Below are positions 38,521 to 51,614 of a stretch of 64,000 nt of DNA, piece by piece. The DNA comes from Malacoraja senta (Eukaryota). Each line of letters opens with the position of its first letter. The stretch's first letter is position 1. The position numbers were made by a program, and so were the translations under genes. Where the stretch lies: positions 6,202,001-6,266,000 of the forward strand of contig CM075995.1 of NCBI GenBank assembly GCA_038087875.1, given 5' to 3'. Under the pieces are notes generated by a model, which did no database searches, had not been told where the DNA came from, and saw nothing but the letters and a program-made list of their open reading frames with translations.

Positions 38521-39634
38521 ATAGTGCCTATTCTTATAGGAGGAAATAAATTGTGTTAGGTACCTGAAATGCACAGTCTGTGAGAGTAGTTGAAGCTGAA
38601 TCTTTGAAAGGAGTTGGTAATGGCATATTAGGTATTGGTAATGGTTTATTATTATCACATGCTCCAAGATACAGTGAAAAGCTTTTATTGCCAGTCAAAT
38701 CTACCATACACGAGTAGAAACAGGCCATTTACAAGCAAAACAGGTCATGCAAAATACCAGATTGCCGAATATTCTGTTACCGCATCATAGCATTACAGCT
38801 ACCGAACTTAAAGTCCATGATCTGCAATGAGGTCAGCTGGAAGATCCGGATTACACCACAGTTTATAGGAGGATTATTTATCAGTTTCATAAAGTAGGGA
38901 AGAAGCTGTTCCTGAATTAAGTGCCTACATGAAGACTTGAATTGCTTAGGCATAGAGAGCTATAGTGGAAGTGCTTAGGGATGGAGATAATACACAAAAA
39001 GACATAAAGTGTTGGAATGACTCAGCATCTATCGTGAACATGGATAGGCAACTTTTTGGGTAGAGACCCTTCTCAGACTGATTGCGGTGGACAGGGAGAA
39101 AGGTGGAAGAGAGGAGGGGCAGGACAAAACCTGCAGAGTGACAGGGGGATACAGGTGAGAGGGGCTTTTTGATAGGCAAATAGCTGGACAAAGGCTAAAG
39201 ATGAAAAGACAAAAGATGTGAGATAAGGATAAAAGATTTGCAAATTATGAAGCCAGAGGAAGGAATATTGGTGGAAGGAGAAGGGGAAGCGGAGGAATGA
39301 GTGCAAATTCAGATTGGGTACCTGAAAAATAAAGGGGGAGTGTTATTTGTAGGTTAGTTATCTAAAATTGGACAATTCAATGTTCATACCGTTAGGTTGT
39401 AAGCTACCCAATAGGAGGTCCTGTTCCTCCAGTCCGGGTGTGGCTTTACTCAGGCAATGGAGGAGGCCCATGACGGAAAGGTCAGTATGGGAATGGGAAG
39501 AGTTAAAACGATTAATATGGAAGGTGCCCACTGGTGGGCATGAATGAGTTTTGGCTGAATGAGCCATTTCCATGCTGTCTAATTCTGTGATTAATGTACA
39601 TTGCTTCCAAACAACAGTTTTGTCAACTTTAATA

Positions 39635-39766
39635 TGCAAGAAGGAACTGCAGATGCTGGTTTAAATCAAAGATAGACACAAAAAGCTGGAGTAACTCAGC
39701 AGGATAGGCAGCATCTCTGGAGTGAAGGAATGGGTGACGTTTCGGGTCGAGACCCTTCTTCAAAAG
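39635..39766 (-). mobile_element. Penelope pLTR fragment with 16-bp TSD
   Basis: tttgtcaactttaata at 39619-39634 and 39767-39782. The insert ends within the hammerhead-like core. Confidence 0.8.
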
Positions 39767-40191
39767 TTTGTCAACTTTAATAACCTGGTAGAAGAGATCA
39801 ATATTAACAGGTAGATTTAGCATACCAGGACTACAGGAGTCACCCTTCACTTGGAAATGAAGCTGTACTGGGAGACTGCTCTGTTCAATCATTATCCAGC
39901 AATGGGAGAATAGGTCTATTTAAACCAAATGTACAGTGTAGAGGATGAAATATTTTTTGCATCAGACTGCCCTAGGATGAATGAAGATAAATCATGCAGG
40001 CAATTGCTGGCAGATCTCCCTGGAATCTTTGGCATTCAGCTAAGATCAAGTTCAAGACTTTTGGGCCGGTGTTGATATATACCATCTGAAAGCTCATTGA
40101 TATGCAGATTAGAAGGGCAAAGGCCAGTTGACAGAAACAACATTTTTTTTGTCTTCCATTAGACTATCAGGTGTGTTCTAAATTGATTATA

Positions 40192-41828
40192 CTGTGCTCT
40201 CCATAATATTTGGGACAAAGACCCATCATTTATTTATTTGCCTCTGTACTCCACGATTTGAGATTTGTAATAGAAAAAAAATCACATCTGGTTTAAGTGC
40301 ACATTGTTAGATTTTAATAAAGGCCATTTTTATACATTTCGGTTTCACCATGTAGAAATTACAGCAGTGTTCATACATAGTCCCGCCATTTCAGGGCACC
40401 ATAATGTTTGGGACACAGCAATGTCATGTAAATGAATGTAGTCATGTTTAGCATTTTGTTGCATATCCTTTGCATGCAATGACTGCTTGAAGTCTGTGAT
40501 TCATGGACTGGGTGTCTTCTCTGGTGATGGTCTGCCAGGCCTTTATGACAGCCATCTTTAGGTTATGCTTGTTTTGGGGGCTTGTCCCCTTCAGTTTTCT
40601 CTTCAGCATATAAAAGGCATGCTCAATTGGGTTCAGATTGGGTGATTGACTTGGCCACTCAAGAATTGGCCATTTTTTAAGCTTTGAAAAACTCCTTTGT
40701 TGCTTTAGCAGTATGTTTGGGATCATTGTCTTGCTGTAGAATGAACCGCCGGCCAATGAGTTTTGAGGCATTTATTTGAACTTGGGCAGATAGGATGTGT
40801 CTATACACTTCGGAATTCATTATGCTACTGCCATCAGCAGGTGTATCATCAATGAAGATAAGTGAGCCAGTACCTTCAGCAGCCATACATGCCCAGGCCA
40901 TAACACCCCCACCACCGTGTTTCACAGATGAGATGGTATGCTTTGGATCTTGGGCAGTTCTTTCTCTCCTCCATACTTTGCTCTTGCCATCACTCTGATA
41001 TAAGTTAATCTTCGTCTCATCTGTCCACAAGACCTTTTTCTAGAACTGCGGTTGCTCATTTAAGTACATCTTGGCAAACTGTAACCTGGCCATCCTATTT
41101 TTGCAGCTAACCAGTGGTTTACATCTTGCAGTGTAGCCTCTGTATTTCTGTTCATGAATTCTTCTGCGGACAGTGGTCATCGACAAATCCACATCTGACT
41201 CCTGAAGAGTGTTTCTGATCTGTCGGACAGGTGTTTGAGGAATTTTCTTCATTATCGAGAGAATTCTTCTACCATCAGCTGTGGAGGTCTTCCTTGGCCT
41301 GCCAGTCCCTTTGCGATTAGTAGGCTCACCAGTGCTCTCTTTCTTCTTAATGATGTTCCAAACATTTGATTTTGGGTTGACTGATGTCTCTAACAGTTTT
41401 ATTCTTGTTTCTCAGTCTCATGATGGCTTCTTTGACTTTCATTGGCACAACTTTGGTCCTTATGTTGATAAACAACAATAAAAGTTTCCAAAGGTGATGG
41501 AAAGACTGGAGGAAAGACTAGGTTTTGAGAGCTCTCTTATACCTGCATTAAGGAGGCATTTAAACACACTTGGCAATTACAAACACCTGTGAAGCCACGT
41601 TTCCCAAACATTATGTTGCCCTGAAATGGGGGGACTATGTATAAACACAACTGTAATTTCTACATGGTGAAACCAAAATGTATAAAAATTCCCTTTAATA
41701 AAATCTGACAATGTGCACTTTAACCATATCAGACATGTGATTGTTTCTATTACAAATCTCAAATTGTTGAGTACAGAGGCAAATAAATGAATGATAGGTC
41801 TTTGTCCCAAACATTATGGAGGGCACTG
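40192..41828 (-). mobile_element. Full-length (1.64 kb) Tc1 transposon with inactivated transposase
   Basis: TIRs of the same family as 3949-5126; TA TSD. WTDETK, QQDNDPKH and SPNLNPIEH motifs are split across ORFs by stops and frameshifts. Confidence 0.95.
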
Positions 41829-42041
41829 TAAAGTCCGAAGTCTAGTTGTCACTCATGATGAGGACCATAACATTGGCTCTCTGCATCTAATCAGGGAGTG
41901 TGGGGATTCTAACTGGCATTTCTGGGGAATAGCTCAGTTCCAGCCCAATCCAGATCAATCTTGTAAGCTTTGTGGTAATATGGCACTCACAAAAAGGACT
42001 ATCTGCAAAAGGTCATGGAGTAGCTATACATTCAGTCAGCC

Positions 42042-42127
42042 CCTTATGATTTATAAGGAATTCAGGTTTATTTGTGGAGCCAGCAGTCCTTGTGATTTAT
42101 AAGGAATCCAGGTTTATTTGTGGAGCC
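42042..42127. repeat. Two-copy ~46-bp tandem duplication
   Basis: cctt.tgatttataaggaat.caggtttatttgtggagcc occurs twice. Confidence 0.8.
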
Positions 42128-42489
42128 CAGAATGCCATGACTGCAGTCCATTAATCCCTTCAAGTAAATCGGAATTCCCCTGGGTCAAAGCACTCAATAA
42201 AGAATTGATTTCACTCTCCTAGGAAGCAGAGCATTTTTATGACATCCATTATGCACCAGTATTCTGGTCAAGTAAAATATAGCACACATCAGCTATTCCC
42301 ACTTGAGATAATCCAGGAGACAAGTAGTTCAGGGTGCTAACTCTTCACCTCTTTAAGCAGAACAGTCTAAGTGCAGGTGCGAGATTCAAGCTCAGTCTGT
42401 AAAAAAAAAGTCTTTCTTCCGACATCTCTGCCTTCAGAAAAATCTTGATGCCAGATTTATCACTTTTCAGAGAGCAAGAATGAGGACAG

Positions 42490-43070
42490 CAGTTCTGCAG
42501 TTGTACAGGACCCTAGTGAGACCACACCTGGAGTATTGTCTGCCGTTTTGGTCTCCAAATTTGAGGAAGGACATTCTTGCTATTGAGGGAGTGCAGCGTA
42601 GGTTCACAAGGTTAATTCCTGGGATGGCGGGACTGTCATATGCTGAGAGAATGTATACTCTGGAATTTAGAAGGATGAGAGGCTATCTTATTGAAACATA
42701 TAAGATTATTAAGGGTTTGGACATGCTAGGGGCAGGAAACATGTTCCCGATTTTGGGGGAGTCTAGAACCAGGGGCCAAAGTTTAAGAATAAGAGGTAAG
42801 CCATTTAGAACGGAGATGCGGAAACACTTTTTCACACAGAGAGTCGTGAGTCTGTGGAATTCTCTGCCTCAGAGGACGGTGGAGGCCGGTTCTCTGGATA
42901 CTTTCAAGAGATAGCTAGATAGGGCTCTTGAAGATAGCGGAGTCAGGGGATATGGGGAGAAGGCAGGAGCAGGGTACTGATAGTGGATGATCAGCCATGA
43001 TCACATTGAATGCGCCGGTGCTGGCTTGAAGGGCGGAATGGCCTACTCCTGCACCTACTGTTTATTGTCT
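42490..43070 (+). mobile_element. CR1 3' fragment
   Basis: LVRPHLEY and WNSLP in ORF 42480-42914. Confidence 0.88.
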
Positions 43071-44939
43071 TTAAGTGATGCTCCCATCTTTTTAAATCTA
43101 CTTCTCTTCTACGGTGCTCTGCATTTTTGGCCTTACCATTGAGCTTTCTTCTCTTGCTCAGAGCATGCCACAGGCCCACTGCAACCAACTCTGGAAAAAC
43201 TGTCATCAATATAAAGCATTTGGAATACAAGACTGCGGAGATTCTGGAAATCCAAAACAAAAACAGAAAAATGCAGGAACCAGTAAGCAGATTAAACAAG
43301 TATTCTCGGGAAAGGAAACAGAATCAACATTTCATGTCAATAACCCTTGACCAGAATTGGAAACGTAAGAAAACTGGTGTGTTTAAGCTGCGAAGAGAAT
43401 GCGTGAAATGAAAGAATGTTTGTGATGGGATACAAACCAAATATGTCAGTTAGAAAAAAAAAGGAAAAAATAAATTGAATAGGTACAACCACATCTACGC
43501 AGAGTAAAATAGGTGGTTATCTGAAATTGTTTAATTCAATAGTGAGTCCCAAAGGCTGCAGCATTGCTCTACTAAATATGAGATGTTGTTCCATAGCTAA
43601 AGTCAAGCATCTTTGGAAAAGTGTAGTAGTGAAAATGCAGAGGAGGTAAAAGTGGGAGTGGGATAGGGGATTGAAAACTCAGTTGTTCTTGTGGATTGTA
43701 TGGAGGTGTTGTTCAAAACGGTTAATTAATCTGCAATTTAATTTCTGCAATGTGATTAAAAGCAACTTGCTTTTATCGTAATTTTTTGCATACATTTCAT
43801 GATAATCTCCTCTAAATTTAGGAAATCTCTCAAGGGTTAATGAAGATAGTGATTTATTTAAACAGGTGTAGCATTGCATACCACATGCCATAGTTCTTTT
43901 TTTCCCCAACAGAAAGAACACCTAGTCTCTTCTGCATGTTCTTTCCCACTCACTCAGAGCCCTTGCCTCTGCAACTCCACATCTCTCACACTACTGCTCC
44001 ATCAAACTCTCCATCTGCTTGGGCTTTCTCAACTACTAAACACCACAACCTTCATCCCAAACCCACATAAAAAGGGCACATTTTGGGCAGGAGAACTAGA
44101 AGTCTGAGGTCACATGACTAGTTGCACTAATGTCTTGTTTTTTTTTTAAACATCTATCGTCAAGATCCTCACCATCTGGACCATGCCCTCTTCTCAATGG
44201 TGCCTTTGGGCAGGAGACACAGAAGGCTGAAGTTCCATAATGCTATGGATGACATATGGATAACCATGGATAACCAGTCTCTTGTTTCCACCTCCTTAGC
44301 ATTGTATTGATTTCATTACAATGTGCACACAGAATCAACAGAAATTAGTTTGTGTGCAAAAAAGAGGAAATATCAGCTCTGCGTGGTCTTCCCCAAACAA
44401 AGCATGCTTATGTAGAAGGGAGACAAGGAAGAAAAAGATAAATCATTGTAAATGAATGTAATAAATAATGCATAGCAAGATACGGAGCAAAAATAAAACT
44501 TGAAAATCATTTCTTTGTTAACAGCACTCATCACTGACATATATAATACAAAACATGGAATAAAGAATACTTTATTGTAACTATACTTCGCCCATGGACC
44601 TATGGAATTAGGAGTTGAGAAGTTTCTGAGAGTGAGAACTCTCAGTCTCTTGAGAATGGGAAACCATGCGTGGCAATAATAGAAAAGAGAGAAGTAATAA
44701 GGAGTAAGAGGGATTGAGTGCCAGACAGAAGACCACTGGCAATGGGTGGAAAAAGGGTAGCACATGGAGATTGGATAGGAGGATTTGGAGGAATGGAGGC
44801 AGTGTCTGAGGAACAGATGAGACTCACGAGAGGATCAAGATAGATACTCCAGCCTGTGGTATTGAGAACACTGGTCGCATGGATGGTTATAAGAATCTGA
44901 TAACAAATGGGATGGTAAAGAAATCACCAAAGATGGATA

Positions 44940-45147
44940 TGTTTAAGAAGGAACTGCAGATGCTGGAAAATCAAAGGTAGACAAAAATGCTAGAGAAACT
45001 CAGCGGGTGAGGCAGCATCTATGGAGCGAAGGAAATAGGCGACGTTTCGGGTTGAGTCTGAAGAAGGGTCGTGACCCGAAACGTCGCCTATTTCCTTCGC
45101 TCCATAGATGCTGCCTCACCCGATGAGTTTCTCCAGCATTTTTGTCT
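44940..45147. mobile_element. Inverted (fold-back) Penelope pLTR insertion containing a hammerhead-like core
   Basis: 14-bp TSD accaaagatggata (44926-44939, 45148-45161). CTGAAGAAGGGTCGTGACCCGAAACGTC at 45058-45085. Confidence 0.82.
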
Positions 45148-45402
45148 ACCAAAGATGGATACCTCAGTCTCAATGATAGTTACTTAATGGTAGGTCTTTT
45201 ATAATGCATCTGGTCCATCATAGGCTCAGCCATCTCCACCGTTGAAACAATCAACATTATTCACACAGCACCGAAACAGGCCCTTTGGCATGTCGACAAG
45301 ATGCTCCATCTAAACAAGTCCCATTTGCCCGCGTTTAGCCCATATCCCTCTAAACCTTTCCTATCCATGCACCTGTCTAAGTGTCTTTTAAATGCTGTTA
45401 TG

Positions 45403-46443
45403 TAGCAATGTTACAAAATTTTGAGATTTTAAAAATCAAGTCTGTAATTTATCCCATCAGATAAAGCATAAAAAGACGTTTAATTTGACACCTAATTCAC
45501 TTTCATATCTTCAGTATTAAAATAGTTATGGCCATTTTCATACTCGGAAATTAGCATCTTGTTCCCTATTGCTTTTCCATTGACTTAACACAAAAGCTGT
45601 GATCGAGGACAGTCAAAAGCCCATAACTTTCTTAAAAATTTAGAGAACTGAAAGAAATTTTCAGTTATTATAGATTGAAGCAATCTGAAACAAATATGAA
45701 ACAATCTTACTTAGATGACATGAAATTAAAGCATATAATTAGTTAGTTGCCTAATTGTAGCTAATTACAAAATTCAATTACTAGATCTAAACATCTATCA
45801 ATTTCTTAAGAATAGATTAACATTTATAAATAGCCTGTGTCCAAATAACATTCACACAAGAATTCACAATATAACATAATTTTTAAATCTCATTGTCATG
45901 GATTTATAGGCCAAATGGAAGGAATTTAATGTTTAATACCTGTAAATTAATGGGCATTTAAATCATCTTGCGAGTAGGTTTTTCTGGAACGCGATCAATT
46001 AGAACGTTGCATTTGCGGTGAATTTAACCCCGTATCGGCATGAAAAATACTGCCGGTTCGTTCGGGGAAAAAAATCACTGTTTCGCAATTTAAAATGTGA
46101 ATTAAAGGCCTCTTTAGAAACACTTTTATACATAAAATAAACGGCTTTCGTTTACCTGTCCCGTGCGTGAAAATAGTCCCCGTTGTCGGCGTTGACGGCT
46201 TTAGAAGCTGATTTTAAAATAACTCCAGCGCTGAAATTGTTGGGCGAATAAAAATAAAAAATACACAAAACGCCCGTCGGAACGATTCTTCAGCAAAAGC
46301 TTGCGCTCCAACGAAATATAATTCAGGACAAGGTAGGAGAAACCCGCGTTTTAACCACGCCCCCCCTCAAAGGCGCCAAAATCGCACACACGGCCAGTGG
46401 CAGAATTGCAGCGCCGCTGAAGGTAAGTATTGTAACATACCTA
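45403..46443. mobile_element. Non-autonomous TIR DNA transposon (hAT-like) with 7-bp TSD
   Basis: Ends TAGCAATGTTACAA / TTGTAACATACCTA. TGTTATG duplicated at 45396-45402 and 46444-46450. It interrupts a CR1 3' tail. Confidence 0.8.
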
Positions 46444-47929
46444 TGTTATGGTATCTGCCTCAACTACCTCCTCTGGCAGAATGTTCCATATACCCACTAC
46501 CCTTCAAGTAAAAAGTTGCCCTATTTAGGGTTATTATTAAAGGGTTCCTATTAAATTATTCCCTCTCACCTTAAACCTATGGTTCCTGATTCCCCATCTC
46601 TGGTAAAAGACTGTGCATTCACCCTTATTCCCCTCATGATTTTAGCCACCTCTATAAGATCACCCTTCAGCTCCTGCAATTAAAGGAATAAAGTCGTAGC
46701 CAGCACTTTGGCTAGAATACACAAGTCTCCAGTCAAGAAATTCTCTGGGCCCATATTATTTGCGACATCAATTGCTCCAAACCATTTATTTATATCAGTG
46801 GAAGGAATAAAATTGAAGACTGGTCCTGTGCTGATGGAAAACTCGCACAGAAGCAGAGATGGATCATTTGCTTGGCACTTGTGACAGAACATAGTTGCAA
46901 CTGCTTTAGCTCTGCGTTTACTATTCACGTGCTGTTCCTCTGCCATTTTTGTGATGGAGCTCTTAGAACCTTTGGTTCCTATTAACAGTTTAATTCCCTC
47001 AATGTGGTTCCCACTATTGCATGCTATTTATCATGCATATAGCCTTCTGTAGCAGCTCTGTCAACTCATGTTTGTGTTCCTTGATGTTGCTCCTGGCATC
47101 ACTTCTATACTTATTGAATCATGGTTGATCCCTTATTTTTTATATATCTGCTGAACAATACAAACAGACTAGCAAGCCCATTTTGCACAACACATTTAAC
47201 TTTATGAAACATTTAATATAAATAATTTAGTATTAATTTCCTGCACTTAAAATCTTTCGTAGACTTAATTGTGACCGTGAACTGCATTTGTCAATTTTTT
47301 GAGCTCATGGTACAACATTGTGGTAGTGATTGAATTAATACAAATTATAGTTAATGTTATTAACAGTTTCAGTTCCTATCTTTCAATATTGAAAAGTAAA
47401 CAGTAAACTATACATAAGCTCAGAGTTTTACCCAGTTCTTGTCTGCCATTCTTTTTCCAACACCTTATCACAAAGAAAATAACTTGAGTCAATGGCATGC
47501 ACCCATTTAAGCCAAGTGAAATGGATTGTGTATACTTGGTTTTCATGATGGATTCACCACACAGCAAGAAAGTGATTACTAAAGCATAAAAATAAATAAT
47601 GTTTTCATGAGAGAAAGCAGTCTGAGAAAGGTTTGATGCCAATGATTTGAAGGAACAGAGAATAAGTTAGATCAGGATATAATTTTAACTTTAAATAGTA
47701 AGGAATAGACAAATTAAGTTAGTTTACAGCAGTTAGTTTATTTGCATTGTGAAAAATCAGGAGAGGAATTTTTTACTTAGTCACAATATATGTAATTACC
47801 AAGCTCTTCAAATGACAAGCTTTTCATTTATTCTGTCCAATAAGGCTGCGAGAGGACTCCTCTGTATGTGGAAGTAACTTTACAGAGAAATATTAGAGAA
47901 ACAGGTTTTTCAGCCCACCAAGAGGTAGA

Positions 47930-48545
47930 GCATCAAGGTGGATAAATCTACAAGGCCTGATGGGATTTATCCCAGATTATTGAGAGAGGCAAGAGATGTT
48001 GCAATAAACGTGAACTTGAAGAGATAAGATTGTGCAAACCTTGACAAAGTTCTTTGCACCTTTCTAGCCACAGGCAAGGTCCCGGAGGACTGGAGAGTAG
48101 TTAATATTGTTCCTTTATTTAAGAAGGGAAGAATCCAGGACATTCTAGGTCAGTGTGCCTCAAATCAATGGCAGGAAAGCTATTGGACAGAATTCTTCAG
48201 GATAGGATTTACTCCCATTTGGAAGAGAATGAGTTAATTTGGGCCAGTCAGCATGGCTTTATACACGACAGGTCATGATTAACTAAGTTGATCGAGTTTT
48301 TTTTTGAGGTGGCGACGAAGGTGATTGATGAAGGTGGATGTTGTCCAGATGGATTTTAGTAAAGCATTTAATAAAGTCCCTCATAGTTGGCAAATCCAGA
48401 AGATGCACATGATTAACAGTGATTTGGTCGTACGGATTCAGAACTGGCTTACCAATAGAAGTCAGAGGGTTGTGGTGGACGGACAATATTCTGGCTGGAG
48501 ATCTGTGATCAATGGAGTTCCAGAGATCTGTGCATGGACCTCTGC
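47930..48545 (+). mobile_element. Degenerate CR1 RT fragment
   Basis: VDVVQMDFSKAF..WLTNRSQRVVVDG motifs. Confidence 0.7.
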
Positions 48546-50239
48546 TTAGTTTATAGCTTTAGAACATACGGTGCGGAAACTGGCCGTTCGGCCCAAAGTC
48601 CGTACCGACCACCACACTAACACTATCCTACACACGCTAGGGACAATTTACAATTATACCAAGCCAATTATACCCGTCTTTGGAGTGTGGGAGGAAGCCG
48701 GAGATGTAAATGTATAGGATGCTGGTTTAAACCAAAGATAGACATAAAACGCTGGAGTAAGTCAGCGGGTCAGTCAGCATCTCTGGAGAAAAGCACTAGG
48801 TGACGTTTCGGGTCAAGACCCTTGTTCAGACCTATTAAAGAAGGGTCTCGAACCAAAACACCAACTATTCCAGCTACTCCAACTTTTATTGTTTATTTAT
48901 TGTTTCTTTTGTTATTATTTATATTTTGTGTTTAAGCTTTCTATTGAAATACTTAATAATGGATAGAACTTAAAATCATGAAATAAAAATTTAGTTTGCT
49001 CACCTATTTTAGCGATGTCTCATTCTGTAGTCCTTCCCATTTTTTTTTCACTGGTCGCAATTGTTTTTAAAATTCAAACGCGATTATAATGACCCTGGTG
49101 TGGTGGGTTAGGTGCCGACATTTTGTAAGGGAGCTTAGAAATCAGGAAGTGTCCCATAGGTCTTATAAATAATTTATTTTCTCTCTTTTTCCCCCAAATC
49201 TTGAACATATTAAATTTTAGTAAAATTTTGGTCGATTTTGATCACAAATTAGCTCAAAAGGATCATAGGTAGGTCCATTTTTAATGCTGTGGTATTTCAT
49301 TATGATTTAATAACTTTCAAATTTGTCTACCCATGACACAGGTTGGTACCCTTATTTACGGAAACACCCATATATGAGCGACTTTAGTGGTGTTTTAGAG
49401 ATGTTGAATTCTCATTAAAGTTTAAAAATAATAATTTTAGAAGTTTTTTTTATCACCGCTGAATTCTTTTGAATATCAGCAACATCCATTATAACAGGGC
49501 TGCCAACTTTGGGTGAGAGTTGGGAGTGAGAAATTGCGAGAGACCAAGCCCGAGGGAGCATAGCGACTGGGGTGGGGGGGGTTGAAGGTGTCCCCCCTCC
49601 CATTGGTACGGATCTTTCGCATTTTTCAGCTTGAAATTGTGCAATATGGTGCATACTTTAGCGAGCCTTTTAACTTACACTTGAATGCAATATATATGCT
49701 TTAAATTGGATTGGAGCATTTTTGAAAGGGGGGGGGGGCTGAGCGATCACTGATCACTGGCCTTGGGGGTACCCGGTGAGGGAGTGGAGCAACCGAGTGG
49801 GGAGAGGGTGTGGAGGAAGGGTGTGTCCCCTCCCAGGGTAGGAACGTTTTGAAATTTGATGTACTAAAATCATGTTTTAGTGCATTGTAGAAGTATGATT
49901 TCAATGTTTTTTGTATGAAGTATTTTTAAGAGGTAACTTTTTAAGAGGTAACTTTATCCACACAAAGGGTGATGAGTGTATGGAACAAGCTGCCAGAGGA
50001 GGTAGTTGAGGCAGGGACCATCCCAACATTAAAAAAAAAGTTAGACTGATACATGGATAGGACAGATTTGGAGGTATGGACCAAAAGCAGCTAGCGTAGC
50101 TGGGACATGTTGGCGGGTGTGGGAAAGTGGCGCAGAAGGGCCTGTTTTCACATTGTATCACTCTATGACTACATTATACCTCCACCATGCATGAATGCTT
50201 CAAAATCAAGTGATCGAGTTTTATTGCCATATACTCAAG

Positions 50240-50577
50240 CATAGAAACATAGAAAATAGGTGCAGGAATAGGCCATCGGCCCTTCAAGCCAGCACTGCCA
50301 TTCAATATGATCATGGCTATTCATCTAAAATCAGTACCTCTTTCCTGTTTTTTCCCCATATCCCTTGATGTTGTTAGCCCCAAGAACTAAATGTAACTCT
50401 CTCTTGAAAACATCCAGTGAATTGGCCTCCACTGCCTTCTGTGGCAGAGAATTCCACAGATTCACAACTCTCTGTGTGAAGAAAGTATAATCTCAGTCCT
50501 AACTGGCCCCCCCCTTTATTCTTAAACTGTGACCCCTGGTTCTGAACTCCCCAACATCGGGAACATTTTTCCTGCAG
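50240..50577 (-). mobile_element. CR1 3' tail fragment
   Basis: (catagaaa)n tail and CR1 3' UTR. Confidence 0.85.
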
Positions 50578-50681
50578 TTGCAGTAAGTGAAAATCTAGCA
50601 GGCAAGCAGGATGCTTTCTCCAACCACCCCCATTTGAAGTCCACTATCTTCCACCGTTTCTACCCAGTGCTTGGTACTTAC

Positions 50682-50819
50682 TTCCAGCAGCCACTAGTTG
50701 TCCTCCTGGATGCACCGAGCCACAGCCTGATCTATGCCGGTCACCTGGGCGAATTTGGCACAGAGACTCTCACGGCAGTGGCGCAACGCTTCCGACGCCT
50801 TCCACTGAGGCTGCTCCAT
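50682..50819 (-). pseudogene. TDP2: TDP2-like (tyrosyl-DNA phosphodiesterase 2) first coding exon fragment, UBA-like N-terminus, with in-frame stop
   Basis: gccATGG Kozak at 50819. Translation MEQPQWKASEALRHCRESLCAKFAQVTGIDQAVARCIQEDN*WLLE is followed by a GTAAGT donor (50681-50676). It resembles human TDP2 RRLLCVEFASVASCDAAVAQCFLAENDWEME. No further TDP2 exons seen. Confidence 0.75.
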
Positions 50820-51058
50820 GGCCGGAGCTGCAGTGAGCGACTCGCCAGCCCGGCAAACACTCGCCAGCCCCGCTCCCCGTCCGTATCTGTCTCCGCCGCT
50901 GCTTCTGCTTCCAACACCCATGGCCCATGCAGTTGATATGAGTTTTGAAATTTTCGTTGATCACAGAATTTCTCATAACAGAGCGACAGAAATTTGTGAT
51001 CAGCGTGAGAATTTGACGAAATGCGTGATTCTCAGGCTCAATGCATTCTCAGGCCCTG

Positions 51059-51372
51059 CCTCTCTATCCCCCTCTCTCCCCCCCCTCTCTCTCTCCCTCT
51101 CTCTCCCCTCTCTCCACCTCTCTTTCTCTCCCCTCTCCCTCTCCCTCCCACCTCACTCTCATCCCTCTCTCTCCCCCTCTCTTCCGCTCTCTCTCTCCCC
51201 CTCTATCTCTCCCCTCCCCCCTCTCTCTCCTTCTCTGTCTATCCTCTCACCCCCTCTCTCTCCCGTTTCCCCCTCACTCACTCCCCTTCCCTCTCTCTTC
51301 TCTCTCCCCCCTCTCTCTCTCTCTCCTCTGTTCCCCTCTCTCTCCCCTCTCTCTCCCCCCTCTCTATCCCCC
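51059..51372. repeat. CT-rich polypyrimidine low-complexity tract
   Basis: (ct)n and ccctct repeats running into the gap. Confidence 0.9.
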
Positions 51373-51572
51373 NNNNNNNNNNNNNNNNNNNNNNNNNNNN
51401 NNNNNNNNNNNNNNNNNNNNNNNNNNNNNNNNNNNNNNNNNNNNNNNNNNNNNNNNNNNNNNNNNNNNNNNNNNNNNNNNNNNNNNNNNNNNNNNNNNNN
51501 NNNNNNNNNNNNNNNNNNNNNNNNNNNNNNNNNNNNNNNNNNNNNNNNNNNNNNNNNNNNNNNNNNNNNNNN
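51373..51572. other. Assembly gap (200 N)
   Basis: Run of N. Confidence 0.99.
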
Positions 51573-51614
51573 AAACTAGGGAAATTTGGCATGTCTCCAG
51601 TGACCCTTAATGGC

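Larger units (their letters stand above)
49495..51058. mobile_element. hAT-like non-autonomous element carrying the TDP2-like exon and nested CR1 tails
   Basis: Left end CAGGGCTGCCAAC resembles the TIR at 23431. Right end is degenerate (...gcgtgaga...ggccctg), with gtgaga subterminal motifs. No TSD recoverable because the right flank is low-complexity sequence next to the gap. Confidence 0.55.

Noticed and set aside
48870..49430. Possible further DNA transposon remnant
   Set aside because: No TIR pair or TSD could be established.
24682..50819. Functional link between the DIRS tyrosine recombinase and the TDP2 fragment
   Set aside because: Tyrosine recombinases form 3'-phosphotyrosyl links, whereas TDP2 mainly resolves 5' adducts. 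The fragment has no catalytic domain and proximity looks coincidental.
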